A stretch of DNA of 38,320 nucleotides, from positions 1-38,320 of IMG/VR virus record IMGVR_UViG_3300028797_000098. The stretch is one strand, 5' to 3'. This stretch comes from a virus (Duplodnaviria; Heunggongvirae; Uroviricota; Caudoviricetes). Both the position numbers and the translations under genes were made by a program. Positions 1-8,545 of the stretch are shown one piece after another (the first letter of the stretch is position 1; each line of letters opens with the position of its first letter). The notes under the pieces are model-generated. The model did no database searches, was not told the DNA's origin, and saw nothing but the letters and a program-made list of their open reading frames with translations.

Positions 1-1150
1 CAAGGCATAGCGGTCGCAAGACCACGGCTTCCCCGGTTCGCGGGGTACCTTCATTATCTAGTATTCTAAGACCTTCATCAAGTATGTTCTTGGCGGCATT
101 CCAGTCCCTATCTATTACGCTACCACATTCTAGACATATCCACTCGCGTTCGCTAAGTTTCAATGTATGGTATCTATGCCCACAGTTGTTGCATAGTTGC
201 GAACTGGGGAAGAACCGTCCTACCTTAACGACAGTACGGTTATGCCATTGAGCCTTGTACTCTATCATCTTAGTTAGTGTACCGAGTGCCTGATTGGCCA
301 ACGCACCAGCAAGACAGCGGTTCTTCAGCATTCCCTTTATGTTAAGGTTCTCCATGCAGATTATGTCATAATCTCGGACTAACCTGTGTGATACTTGATG
401 AAGGAAGTTATTCCTTCTGTTACCCAGTTTTTCATGGGCTGCAGCAAGTTGAATACGGACTTTCTCGTATCGACTGCCGCCTTTCTTCGCCTTTGCGAGT
501 TTCCTCTGCAAATGCCTAATCTTTCGTTCCGACTTCTTATCGAAATGTGGATTCTTAATCACTTCTCCGTTGGACATCACGATGGACGACTTGATACCGA
601 GGTCGATACCCACACATTCGCCAGTATGTTCCATTTCCGGCACATCAACATCACAACAAATAGAACAATAATAGTCGCCCTTTCTGCTCTTCTTTACGGT
701 GACATGATAGATTTTAACAATATTTTCGTGTTCAAATGTCTTGCCGAAACGGCACTTAATTGCACCAACTTTCGGCAGTACAATGGAATTGCCGACTATT
801 AGTTTCTTAATATCCTTGTGACACATAGCATTCCGGTAACTCTGTTTGTCCTTCTTGGACTTGTATCTTGGATACTTGGATTTGCCTGCAAAGAAGTTCT
901 GATAGGCTTGGTTCATATCCATATAGGCATTAGCCAGTCCTTGCGAGTCGGCTTCTTTCAACCATTCCCATTCTTCCTTAAAAGACTTCAATTTCGGCTG
1001 AAAGGACATCTTGGTCTCTTCGTAGATATATGACTTAATTCTAAGGCACTGGTTATACACGAAACGACAGCAACCGAAGGTCTTCGCGAAAAATACCTTC
1101 TGCGCTTTGTTCGGATATAGCTTGATTTCGATGCCTTTCTTAACTATCAT
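1..1150 (-). CDS. tnpB: TnpB RNA-guided endonuclease (IS200/IS605 family, solo/IS1341-like); 3' end runs off the window
   Basis: Manual translation of the minus strand from ATG at 1150 gives MIVKKGIEIKLYPNKAQKVFFAKTFGCCRFVYN (OrfB HTH). It also contains VGIDLGIK (RuvC-I), IICMENLNI (RuvC-II), SSQLCNNCG...EWICLECG (Zn finger) and DRDWNAAKNIL (RuvC-III). The frame is open to the window edge, so it is absent from the ORF track. Confidence 0.96.
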   Translation of the reverse strand, partial: MIVKKGIEIKLYPNKAQKVFFAKTFGCCRFVYNQCLRIKSYIYEETKMSFQPKLKSFKEEWEWLKEADSQGLANAYMDMNQAYQNFFAGKSKYPRYKSKKDKQSYRNAMCHKDIKKLIVGNSIVLPKVGAIKCRFGKTFEHENIVKIYHVTVKKSRKGDYYCSICCDVDVPEMEHTGECVGIDLGIKSSIVMSNGEVIKNPHFDKKSERKIRHLQRKLAKAKKGGSRYEKVRIQLAAAHEKLGNRRNNFLHQVSHRLVRDYDIICMENLNIKGMLKNRCLAGALANQALGTLTKMIEYKAQWHNRTVVKVGRFFPSSQLCNNCGHRYHTLKLSEREWICLECGSVIDRDWNAAKNILDEGLRILDNEGTPRTGEAVVLRPLCL

Positions 1151-1153
1151 ACG

Positions 1154-1246
1154 AAAAAACCTACCGGAACTGGTCCTTCCGGTAGGATACAATGTACCTA
1201 AGTACATTTTAAACTCTTCTGCGATGGCAAGGACCAGTTGCCTTCG
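1154..1246 (-). ncRNA. Putative structured leader RNA of tnpB: three hairpins, outer two with complementary loops
   Basis: Minus strand: CGAAGGCAA-ctggtcc-TTGCCATCG, AATGTAC-ttag-GTACATT, CCTACCGGAA-ggaccag-TTCCGGTAGG, then T6. Loops CTGGTCC and GGACCAG are exact reverse complements. Confidence 0.6.
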
Positions 1247-1252
1247 TATATC

Positions 1253-1289
1253 AGTTTATATATGTAGCAAAAATTCCGAAAATAGTCAA
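1253..1289 (-). promoter_or_regulatory. Sigma70-like promoter (TTGACT-17-TACATA) directly followed by a TATAAACT motif, upstream of tnpB
   Basis: Minus strand reads TTGACT attttcggaatttttgc TACATA TATAAACT. Confidence 0.6.
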
Positions 1290-1376
1290 GCGGCTTTCAT
1301 CTCACCCACTAAAGATGGGTGAGTTTTCTCGCCGCTACATTATAAACTGTACCATGAAAGATTTTTACCGACTGGT

Positions 1377-2045
1377 GTGTTTATTATGATGGATATGTTT
1401 GAATCGCTTGAAAGTATGCTTCCGCTGTGCGAAATGGCGTCAGTGGACATGACAGGCAATGCTGGGACATTGGATGCATCTCACTACAAGGCATATGCCA
1501 AGAATCCAAGTGAACTCGACCAGAATACGCTGGCTGAACTTGCTGACATGGTTGACCGCGCCCATGATGCAAAGAACGTGATTGCTGCGCAACAGGCATC
1601 CGGGCGTGAACCGATGGCGACACCAAGGACGATTGACCAGTTGATGAATAGCATACTTGTCCTCTACATCACATGTGACGATGCGCCCGTGGCTGTTACG
1701 AATGTAGTGGACCCGTCAATGGAAGACTATCATGGATATGTGCCCATCAGGTTCTATTCATTGAAAACCGGGTATAACCTGGATGGCCGTCTGCAACAGT
1801 CTTTCTTCTCCATTGAGGAAGATTTTCGCTCATCCGGCGTAGCAAAGGAATTGTTCCTGCAACTGAATGTCAACGGTTCGCCGTGCTTCATCGTGGTTGA
1901 CCCGATGGATGCACCGACAGTGAAGAATGTGCAGGAAAGCGGATACAAGAAAGTGGGCCACATGAAAATAGATGGCTCGGGTAACGAAATGGAGCTGTGG
2001 GTATCCCCAGCAAAGGAAAAGGTAGCTTCTGATGAGCAAGATTAA
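1377..2045 (+). CDS. GNAT-fold acetyltransferase-like protein with an N-terminal extension (start may be 1386/1395)
   Basis: FSIEEDFRSSGVAKELF resembles GNAT motif A, followed by ...ESGYKKVG. A TATAAACT motif lies at 1341-1348. Confidence 0.55.
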   Translation: MFIMMDMFESLESMLPLCEMASVDMTGNAGTLDASHYKAYAKNPSELDQNTLAELADMVDRAHDAKNVIAAQQASGREPMATPRTIDQLMNSILVLYITCDDAPVAVTNVVDPSMEDYHGYVPIRFYSLKTGYNLDGRLQQSFFSIEEDFRSSGVAKELFLQLNVNGSPCFIVVDPMDAPTVKNVQESGYKKVGHMKIDGSGNEMELWVSPAKEKVASDEQD

Positions 2046-3672
2046 TAAGGTTCTCTATAATGTAGACCAAACTACCGGTACTAACGGTACTACCGCAGAT
2101 GAACGGAAACTGGCTCGAAAAAATATTGGTTTGGATGAAGTTGTTGGACATGCAGCGACTGCATCCGAATCTGGTATTGCTCCGCTTGATACGGGAGGTA
2201 AGATTCCTTCCAGATGTTTACCTTCACATGCACATGGTAATATTACTAATGATGGTAAAATTGGTAACACATCAGGGCTTCCTTTGGTGACAACGACCGA
2301 TGGTCTAGTTACTACGGGTGCATTTGGTACTGCTGCGGGTCAATTTGCAAGTGGTAACCATACACATGGATTTATTACTAATGATGGTAAGCTAGAGAAT
2401 CGATATGGAGAATTGGAACCGGTGCTTGTTGCTGAGGATGGCACTATTGGTCTCGGCTTATTTGGAAGCGCCGCTAACGCCGTTGCTCGGGGTAACCATG
2501 GCCATGGCAATATTGCCAAAGATGGCAAGGTGAGTGTCGCAATTGGGAATAATGAGGTTCCAAACTGCATATTAGTAACTCGTACTGAATCCTCTGGACA
2601 TGAGAATGACGTTGCATGTGGGCCGGCATTTGGAAACGATACTTCCAAATTTCTAAATCAAGCTGGTAAATGGGCTAATGTTGGAGTCGCAACAGATAGT
2701 TCTGTTGGCGGCATAATGCTAGGTTACACGTCAACTGGGAAAAATTATGCTGTGGAGCTTGATCATAATATGGCATATGTTAATGTGCCGTGGACTGAAT
2801 ATACCGCTGGCACCAACGTGAAGATTTCTAACCAGAACGCCATCAGTTCCCTTCATGGCCTGAAGTCTTACAGCCGTACACAGCCGACCGGCGGCTATGG
2901 CGACATGGTGAAAGACGATTTGATTCTCGGAGTCTATCACATTTCTCCGCCTACGATTGTGAACAATGACAAGAAAAACAACATAGTCTACGAATACAAG
3001 GTAACCGACATTACAAATGTGTCATATTTTGACATCGGCTACGCGATGACTCCGGATGCCGACGGCTTTGTTCCGAATGTCCATTTCGTAATCGACCTTA
3101 CTGGAGAAATTACAGACGATTCCGATCCAAGTATGATTAGATCACCGCATGACCATCTGACTCTCAGTGTGGGCCATGGCGATCCAAAAGCAATGGTAGC
3201 GAACTACTATGTACGCTACATCCCGATCTACATCGGTCACAAGTACTTGGTCGACTTCTACGGCAATGTAGCCCATGTGAACGTGCTGGGTGAGAACCGT
3301 GTACAAGACATTGCGCCGAACTGGGGCGATGTACAAGAATTCTTGAGCACCACCCCGAACACGACTCATCATAACATATCGTACAAGCTAGACAGTTATA
3401 CGGTCTACCACATGGACATTTATACGAACGGCCTCCAGGCGGAGAGCACGGATAAGTACCAGTATCGCGTAGCACTCGGTGTTTACGGCTCGGGTAACAT
3501 AAGGTACCTTACCGGATGGATCCGCCAAGACTCTGGCAAGGCCATACAGCCGCACCTTGACTTCAATAGCGATATTTTCAGATCGATGTTCATAGAGTTT
3601 GACCAGGCGAACTACCCGATGGCCACGCAGAGTGTAAACCTTATGATCATGGGAACAAAGGAGAGGATGTAA
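2032..3672 (+). CDS. Tail fibre / virion fibre-like protein
   Basis: Three HxHG(N/F)I(T/A)xDGK repeats (HAHGNITNDGK, HTHGFITNDGK, HGHGNIAKDGK) typical of metal-coordinated trimeric fibres; G/T/N-rich; beta-rich C-terminal region. Confidence 0.6.
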   Translation: MSKINKVLYNVDQTTGTNGTTADERKLARKNIGLDEVVGHAATASESGIAPLDTGGKIPSRCLPSHAHGNITNDGKIGNTSGLPLVTTTDGLVTTGAFGTAAGQFASGNHTHGFITNDGKLENRYGELEPVLVAEDGTIGLGLFGSAANAVARGNHGHGNIAKDGKVSVAIGNNEVPNCILVTRTESSGHENDVACGPAFGNDTSKFLNQAGKWANVGVATDSSVGGIMLGYTSTGKNYAVELDHNMAYVNVPWTEYTAGTNVKISNQNAISSLHGLKSYSRTQPTGGYGDMVKDDLILGVYHISPPTIVNNDKKNNIVYEYKVTDITNVSYFDIGYAMTPDADGFVPNVHFVIDLTGEITDDSDPSMIRSPHDHLTLSVGHGDPKAMVANYYVRYIPIYIGHKYLVDFYGNVAHVNVLGENRVQDIAPNWGDVQEFLSTTPNTTHHNISYKLDSYTVYHMDIYTNGLQAESTDKYQYRVALGVYGSGNIRYLTGWIRQDSGKAIQPHLDFNSDIFRSMFIEFDQANYPMATQSVNLMIMGTKERM

Positions 3673-3707
3673 TGGGAACTGTTGGAGAAATAACTTAAGG
3701 TTAATCT

Positions 3708-4031
3708 ATGGCATCTCAGGCAAAAGACATAAGGGGTTCGCTTATACTCACGCCTTCACAGGCGGAGTTCATGGGCATACTCCTTAAAATGATGAAAAAG
3801 GAATGCAAGCATGTTCAGGAAACCGGTATGATGCTAAAGCCGGGCCCAGGCAACATGTATTCCGATTTTGTCATTACAGTTAAATGCTCCCAGGACCGCC
3901 GTACATGCGAAGTGTACCGGAACAGAACCGGTACACTCATATTTGCAATGCTTAATGGCAAGGTTGTCGCTGCCGATTACGAAATCGATTTCGTTACGGA
4001 GCACATGAAGCGCAAGTTTAGCGCTCTATGA
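3708..4031 (+). CDS. Hypothetical protein
   Basis: 107-aa ORF with AAGG upstream; converges on the patatin gene with a 14-nt overlap. Confidence 0.6.
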   Translation: MASQAKDIRGSLILTPSQAEFMGILLKMMKKECKHVQETGMMLKPGPGNMYSDFVITVKCSQDRRTCEVYRNRTGTLIFAMLNGKVVAADYEIDFVTEHMKRKFSAL

Positions 4032-4881
4032 ACTTTTTCAGCTTGCCCTTGACACTTTCATAATATTTCTGCCAGATGTCGATGACCTCGTTGACGGTCT
4101 TGTCGTCCGTCTTGTCCATCTTAATCTTCTTGTTATGGGATGGCGATGCGCGGAACACGTTTTCCTCGCCAAGATGGGCGCATGCTTCATAGTAATTGGC
4201 CATGCCGCTTCTTGCAACCCATTCGTCTAGGATGTATTCAAGCCATCCGAGCTTGGACATGTTGCCGCAGGCTGTGTGCGGGGTGTCCATGCCGGTATTG
4301 AACGACAGAATCTTGAAATCTCTATGTCCTGCCTTGGTCAAGCCGGATTCAAGGGTTTCGATAGGGTCATTGGCCCACATGCCACCATCACAGTAGCTCT
4401 TGCCATCCTGCATAATTACGTCAAAATAGGTCGGCGCGGAGCAGCTTGTGAGTACCGCGAACCACTTTTCGGTATCCTTATCCCCAAGGTCCCAGACCTT
4501 TTCGACGCTCTTGCCGTTCATGAAGGTAGCCGGGATGTACACAGACTTTTTCCAGTCGCCTATCTTGCCCGGAAAGGTCTTTTGAAGGATCGTCTTGAGC
4601 TTGGAATTGTTATATGTCGGGCACTTGATGTCAAAAACCTTATATGCAGGGTACTTTTTGAAGATATTCTTCAAGTTTCCCTTGTACAGGTCGAAGATTT
4701 CGTGCGCCGACAGGCCTTGTGCAAGGCCTGCTGCGATAATCGAGCCTGTAGAGGTGCCTCCGTAGGCGAAACTCATGTCGCAGAGCTTCTTGCCGAAATC
4801 TTGTTCCATCCTGGTCATGAATGCAAGTGGACCGATACCGAGGGCACCGCCACCGGAAACGCTGATTGCTAGTCTTTTCAT
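4018..4881 (-). CDS. Patatin-like phospholipase
   Basis: SGGGALG oxyanion motif, GTSTG nucleophile (GxSxG) and DGG catalytic Asp (YCDGGMWANDP). Confidence 0.93.
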   Translation of the reverse strand: MKRLAISVSGGGALGIGPLAFMTRMEQDFGKKLCDMSFAYGGTSTGSIIAAGLAQGLSAHEIFDLYKGNLKNIFKKYPAYKVFDIKCPTYNNSKLKTILQKTFPGKIGDWKKSVYIPATFMNGKSVEKVWDLGDKDTEKWFAVLTSCSAPTYFDVIMQDGKSYCDGGMWANDPIETLESGLTKAGHRDFKILSFNTGMDTPHTACGNMSKLGWLEYILDEWVARSGMANYYEACAHLGEENVFRASPSHNKKIKMDKTDDKTVNEVIDIWQKYYESVKGKLKKFIER

Positions 4882-4976
4882 TGGAAAATCTCCTGTTTTC
4901 CAAAGCTTTAGCGGTTGGCCACGGTTTTTTAGCTTGCGATTGTATAAACTTTTCTTACATTTTCGTCAATTAAGTG

Positions 4977-5005
4977 TTGACAGAGTGTTGATAAGTTGTT
5001 ATATT
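4977..5005 (+). promoter_or_regulatory. Canonical sigma70-type promoter for the phage sigma gene
   Basis: TTGACA-17 nt-TATATT. Confidence 0.7.
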
Positions 5006-5034
5006 AAGGTTAACAATATACAAAGGGGTGTGTT

Positions 5035-5847
5035 TTGCCCGCAATTTCAATTGAACCAGGAGTGCAAGAGCTCTTCGCCGAGGTTGCCGGTTATGAAATT
5101 ATAGGCCAACGGGCGGAAAACGCCTGTTTCCAGACCTATCATACGAGCAAGAATGAGGGAGTGAGGGAAGCCGCCAAGGTCAAAATCATCAAATCGAACC
5201 TCAGGCTGGTGCTGAAGCTTGCAATGGACTATCACAATGTCACCGGATTGCCCATTACCGACTTTTATACCGAGGGCAAACTAGGACTCATGGAGTCGTT
5301 TTACAAATACGATTATCGTAAAGGCGTAAAATTCGGCTCATTTGCCATCTGGGAAGTCAGGCGCCATATGTCTATGGTTGTCCAGGGGCGCGATTTGGTC
5401 CATGTCCCCGTGCGTCAGCGCAAGCGCGTATTGAAGGCTATACGGGACGGCCTACCGATGGACATGAATTACGGGACGGAAGCCATGAATGCCATCCTGG
5501 GCCCGGATTCACTCGACATGCCAGTGGGCGAGGATGGTGAAAATTCCACGTTCCTGTTACACGATGTCATACCCGATGAATCTACTGATGCCAATCCGGA
5601 AAAGAACGCTATCATGGAAGACATGCGAGATGGCCTTGTTGCCGAAATGAAACGCGTCCTTACACCGATAGAGAACAAATTGTTGCGTTCCCTGTACGGA
5701 CTTGACGGAGATGGGAGTAGTTTTGAGGAAGAGGCGGCGAATACCGGCATGAGCAAGGACTGGATTCGCAAGATCAAAAACCAGGCAATAGAGAAGCTGA
5801 GGGACAGCAAGCGCCTCAATGTCCTCCGCGACTGCTATATGGAATAA
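5035..5847 (+). CDS. RNA polymerase sigma-70 family factor (RpoD/RpoH-like regions 2-4), TTG start
   Basis: Region 2: SNLRLVLKLA...GKLGLMESFYKYDYRKGVKFGSFAIW. Region 3: SLDMPVGED. Region 4 HTH: LTPIENKLLRSLYGL...MSKDWIRKIKNQAIEKLR. Confidence 0.92.
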   Translation: MPAISIEPGVQELFAEVAGYEIIGQRAENACFQTYHTSKNEGVREAAKVKIIKSNLRLVLKLAMDYHNVTGLPITDFYTEGKLGLMESFYKYDYRKGVKFGSFAIWEVRRHMSMVVQGRDLVHVPVRQRKRVLKAIRDGLPMDMNYGTEAMNAILGPDSLDMPVGEDGENSTFLLHDVIPDESTDANPEKNAIMEDMRDGLVAEMKRVLTPIENKLLRSLYGLDGDGSSFEEEAANTGMSKDWIRKIKNQAIEKLRDSKRLNVLRDCYME

Positions 5848-5853
5848 CTTAAT

Positions 5854-6822
5854 GTGGGCATCTGGTCCAAAATTGTCAACTTTTTCAAGTCGAAGCCGGA
5901 CGATGACGGCTCCGAGGAGCGCAGTATGTATAATGTAGATGACGGTCCTACCCTTATTTATAGTGACGAGCCCAACTTGTCGGATGCCGTGTACGATGCG
6001 AATAGCGGTCGCATGGTTGGCCACGCTTCCACTAGCGCAAGGGCGGACTTGGAAAGGGTCGCCAGGGCGAATGCGTCAATGATTGTCCCGGGGCAGGTCG
6101 TTAGGCAACGCAGGCCGGCACAAAGGCCGATGCAGCGCCCCGTGCAGCAACCGGTGCAGCAGCCTGTCCAGCAGGCCCAGCCGACACAGCCGGTCCAAGA
6201 GGCGGCACCCGTGGAGCAGCCGGTGCAGCAGGCCCCACAGCCGCAACCGCAACCCGTCTACCAGCAACCGGTGTATCAGCAGCCTATGTATCAGCAACCA
6301 GTATATCCACAACAGCAGTATTACCAGCAGCCACAATATTATCAACAGCCACAGTATTACCAGCAGCCGATGCCCCAGCAGCAACCACAGCCGCAGGGCG
6401 ATGATGAAATCAAGCTGGTGCAGGGTGAACGCATCGCAATCGCCCCGAACTTCCCGGCATACGAGATGATTGAGGTGAACGGCGTGTATCACTTGTACAT
6501 CGACCTTCCGGGTGTGAAGAAGAGTGAACTTAAAATGAACTTCTCCGGTGGAAGCCTGTATGTCAGCGGGCACCGTGAACTCATGTGCGAGAAGTACCGC
6601 CCGAAGGGAAAGGGCAAGGGAAACAAGGGCAAGAAGCCGCAGTACGAGGCACTTATCGGTGTCGGGCGCCACTTGCTCGGGGATTTCAGCTTCCCGTTCT
6701 ACTTCCCGAAGCCTGTAGACACTTCCCAGGATTCGTTCAAGGCAAACTTGGTCGATGGCATCCTTCATATCGAGATGAGGGTGGCTGGTGTGGACACTGG
6801 AATTTCAATTGGATTGGGGTAA
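5854..6822 (+). CDS. Small heat-shock protein (Hsp20/alpha-crystallin domain) with a long Q/P/Y-rich N-terminal region
   Basis: C-terminal YHLYIDLPGVKKSELKMNFSGGSLYVSGHRE...FSFPFYFPKPVD...ANLVDGILHIEM matches the Hsp20 pattern. Confidence 0.85.
   Translation: MGIWSKIVNFFKSKPDDDGSEERSMYNVDDGPTLIYSDEPNLSDAVYDANSGRMVGHASTSARADLERVARANASMIVPGQVVRQRRPAQRPMQRPVQQPVQQPVQQAQPTQPVQEAAPVEQPVQQAPQPQPQPVYQQPVYQQPMYQQPVYPQQQYYQQPQYYQQPQYYQQPMPQQQPQPQGDDEIKLVQGERIAIAPNFPAYEMIEVNGVYHLYIDLPGVKKSELKMNFSGGSLYVSGHRELMCEKYRPKGKGKGNKGKKPQYEALIGVGRHLLGDFSFPFYFPKPVDTSQDSFKANLVDGILHIEMRVAGVDTGISIGLG
6131..6390 (+). repeat. Imperfect coding tandem repeats (QQPV, YQQPV/M, YYQQPQ)
   Basis: Recurrent cagcagcc/tatcagcagcc/tattaccagcagcc units of 12-18 nt. 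Confidence 0.85.
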
Positions 6823-6825
6823 AGT

Positions 6826-7125
6826 ATGGTAAAGTTTGACCTTGTATTGACTGATGGCCGGATCCATGTCGATACCATCGATGATGCTGAAAGTACTCCG
6901 GGTTCATCCCGGCAATACACTCGGTTCAATGCCGAGTGCAAGCCGGAACTGAATCAGGTTCTTTCCAATCTGAGTGGTGCCAATTTGACTGATGCCCGGG
7001 TGGACGCGATTATATTTACGCTCGCAAAGCACAACTTCATGAAGAAAGAAGCCATTCACCTTATGGATGATGATGGCCACTTGACCAATCGTATCCGTGT
7101 ATTCATTGACAGCATAGAGCAGTAA
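6826..7125 (+). CDS. Hypothetical protein
   Basis: 99-aa ORF starting 3 nt after the sHSP stop and followed by a terminator. Confidence 0.7.
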   Translation: MVKFDLVLTDGRIHVDTIDDAESTPGSSRQYTRFNAECKPELNQVLSNLSGANLTDARVDAIIFTLAKHNFMKKEAIHLMDDDGHLTNRIRVFIDSIEQ

Positions 7126-7163
7126 TATGAACCGTGGTTCAACGACAGAAACTCAGAATGCAT

Positions 7164-7190
7164 AAAAGGCGACCGAATGGCCGCCTTTTT
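7164..7190. terminator. Bidirectional intrinsic terminator
   Basis: AAAAGGCG...CGCCTTTTT between convergent genes. Confidence 0.75.
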
Positions 7191-7208
7191 AATGCGTGAT
7201 TGTCTCCT

Positions 7209-7541
7209 TTAATGTTTCCCGCAGTTGCATCCTTTCTTTACTGCGCCAATAACTTTTCTGATGGGTTTGGCTACCTTGTAGACAGCCTTCAAGCCAGCCT
7301 TTCTGAATTTTTCCGGGAGGATGAACAGGTAGTCGCCGATTTCGGGAAAATCGGTCGCCATCTTGTCAACCGCTGCTGTGCCGGAATACGTTGCACCCTT
7401 TGCGTCGACGTACTTGAAATCGTGTGCGTTTTCGTCGGCCTTGTAGTATTCCGCACGGTCCTTAACCTTGGCTCTAATCATGTGCATGAAGTTCGTGCAC
7501 ACGGAGCAGGTAGAGTCGTATATAATTCTTGGAAGCGCCAT
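7209..7541 (-). CDS. DCC1-like (DUF393-type) thiol-disulfide oxidoreductase-like protein
   Basis: N-terminal IIYDSTCSVC (DxxCxxC motif after a hydrophobic strand); ~110 aa. Confidence 0.7.
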   Translation of the reverse strand: MALPRIIYDSTCSVCTNFMHMIRAKVKDRAEYYKADENAHDFKYVDAKGATYSGTAAVDKMATDFPEIGDYLFILPEKFRKAGLKAVYKVAKPIRKVIGAVKKGCNCGKH

Positions 7542-8515
7542 TAGTCACCTATCTTTACTTTGTATCCGCCCATTTGGGGAGCTGTGCCGAACGAGCCATC
7601 CGGGTTGATGATGACCACTTCGGTAGGCTGGGTCATTACATTGCAGCTTGGATCCTTGCCGGAACAGATGTCCTGATATGGCATGCCGAGAATTTCATCA
7701 AGGTTGTCCGAAATCCGGTCGAGCATGTTGCACTTGGCATCATTCTGGGCAACCTTCATCGGGTTGTCATCAATGGTGCTACCGTCAAATGGCATTGCCT
7801 GGTCATTGAAGCCGACAATATTTTGAACATCGTCAATGGATGCGTTGAGCATCGGCTGGATGTCGGTTGCGCGGAAGGTGAAAGTAGGCCATTCGCCGTC
7901 ACAGGAGGTAAGAAGTTCATTCGGATTGGAAGTCGGTTTTGCAGCAGTAACCATCTGGCCGTCAGCTTTCTTTACGACAAACAGTGCCGGGGTGTTTCCA
8001 CAGTGAACCACGTCGCCAAGATGGAAGCCGCCCTGCTGTGGGCAGCACTGGCCAGCGCATTCGAGCTGGTACATTCGCATGAAGTTGCGGCCCATGCCGC
8101 GTTCAACGCATTCGTCGAGGGACAGCTTGAGACCCATGCTTTCCTGGACCGGAGTTTCCGCGTTTTCTGTCGAATCTACGAATGTCTGCACGCCTTCCTT
8201 TAGCTTCTCGATGCCGTTGTTCATGTTGGACATTGCGTCTGTGCCCGGGTCTTCAAAGAGAGGACCCTTCTGCTTATCCGGGTATGTCGGGTTGCCGGAG
8301 CATTCATCGGGTTCAGGTTTCTGGCCAGGAGCCTTGCCAGTTACCTTGCTAGTTACCTTGGTAACAGTTGGCTTTGCATTGAACGGTGTTGAACTGTCGC
8401 CGTAATCGGCATATATCGCATCAATGTCTTCTTCCGCTTCCATCATTGGACGGGAGATTGGGGAGGCTTCAATTTGTCTCGTGATAGCAAGCAGTTGGTC
8501 AAGTTCATCGCACAT
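7541..8515 (-). CDS. Hypothetical acidic protein, possible internal head protein
   Basis: 324-aa ORF with AAGGA RBS and TATAAACT at 8550-8543; many hydrophobic-x-E motifs (MMEA, LFED, VQES, LDEC, QLEC). Confidence 0.6.
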   Translation of the reverse strand: MCDELDQLLAITRQIEASPISRPMMEAEEDIDAIYADYGDSSTPFNAKPTVTKVTSKVTGKAPGQKPEPDECSGNPTYPDKQKGPLFEDPGTDAMSNMNNGIEKLKEGVQTFVDSTENAETPVQESMGLKLSLDECVERGMGRNFMRMYQLECAGQCCPQQGGFHLGDVVHCGNTPALFVVKKADGQMVTAAKPTSNPNELLTSCDGEWPTFTFRATDIQPMLNASIDDVQNIVGFNDQAMPFDGSTIDDNPMKVAQNDAKCNMLDRISDNLDEILGMPYQDICSGKDPSCNVMTQPTEVVIINPDGSFGTAPQMGGYKVKIGD

Positions 8516-8545
8516 CGGGAATTCCTTTTCTTTAACAGTTACAGT

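Larger units (their letters stand above)
1..1341 (-). mobile_element. Non-autonomous IS200/IS605-family element (no tnpA); left end near 1341, right end outside the window
   Basis: tnpB plus a subterminal hairpin CTCACCCA-ctaaaga-TGGGTGAG (1301-1323) inside an AGCGGC/GCCGCT outer stem (1289-1336). TTTAT on the minus strand at 1346-1342 is a candidate cleavage/TAM motif. The exact boundary is inferred. Confidence 0.75.

Noticed and set aside
395-1322. Plus-strand ORFs 395-802, 818-1033 and 1107-1322
   Set aside because: They are antisense shadows of tnpB and its leader, with no recognisable motifs.
4943-5030. Third kissing-loop element after TATAAACT at 4943
   Set aside because: Only weak AT-rich stems with non-complementary loops; the region is explained by divergent promoters.
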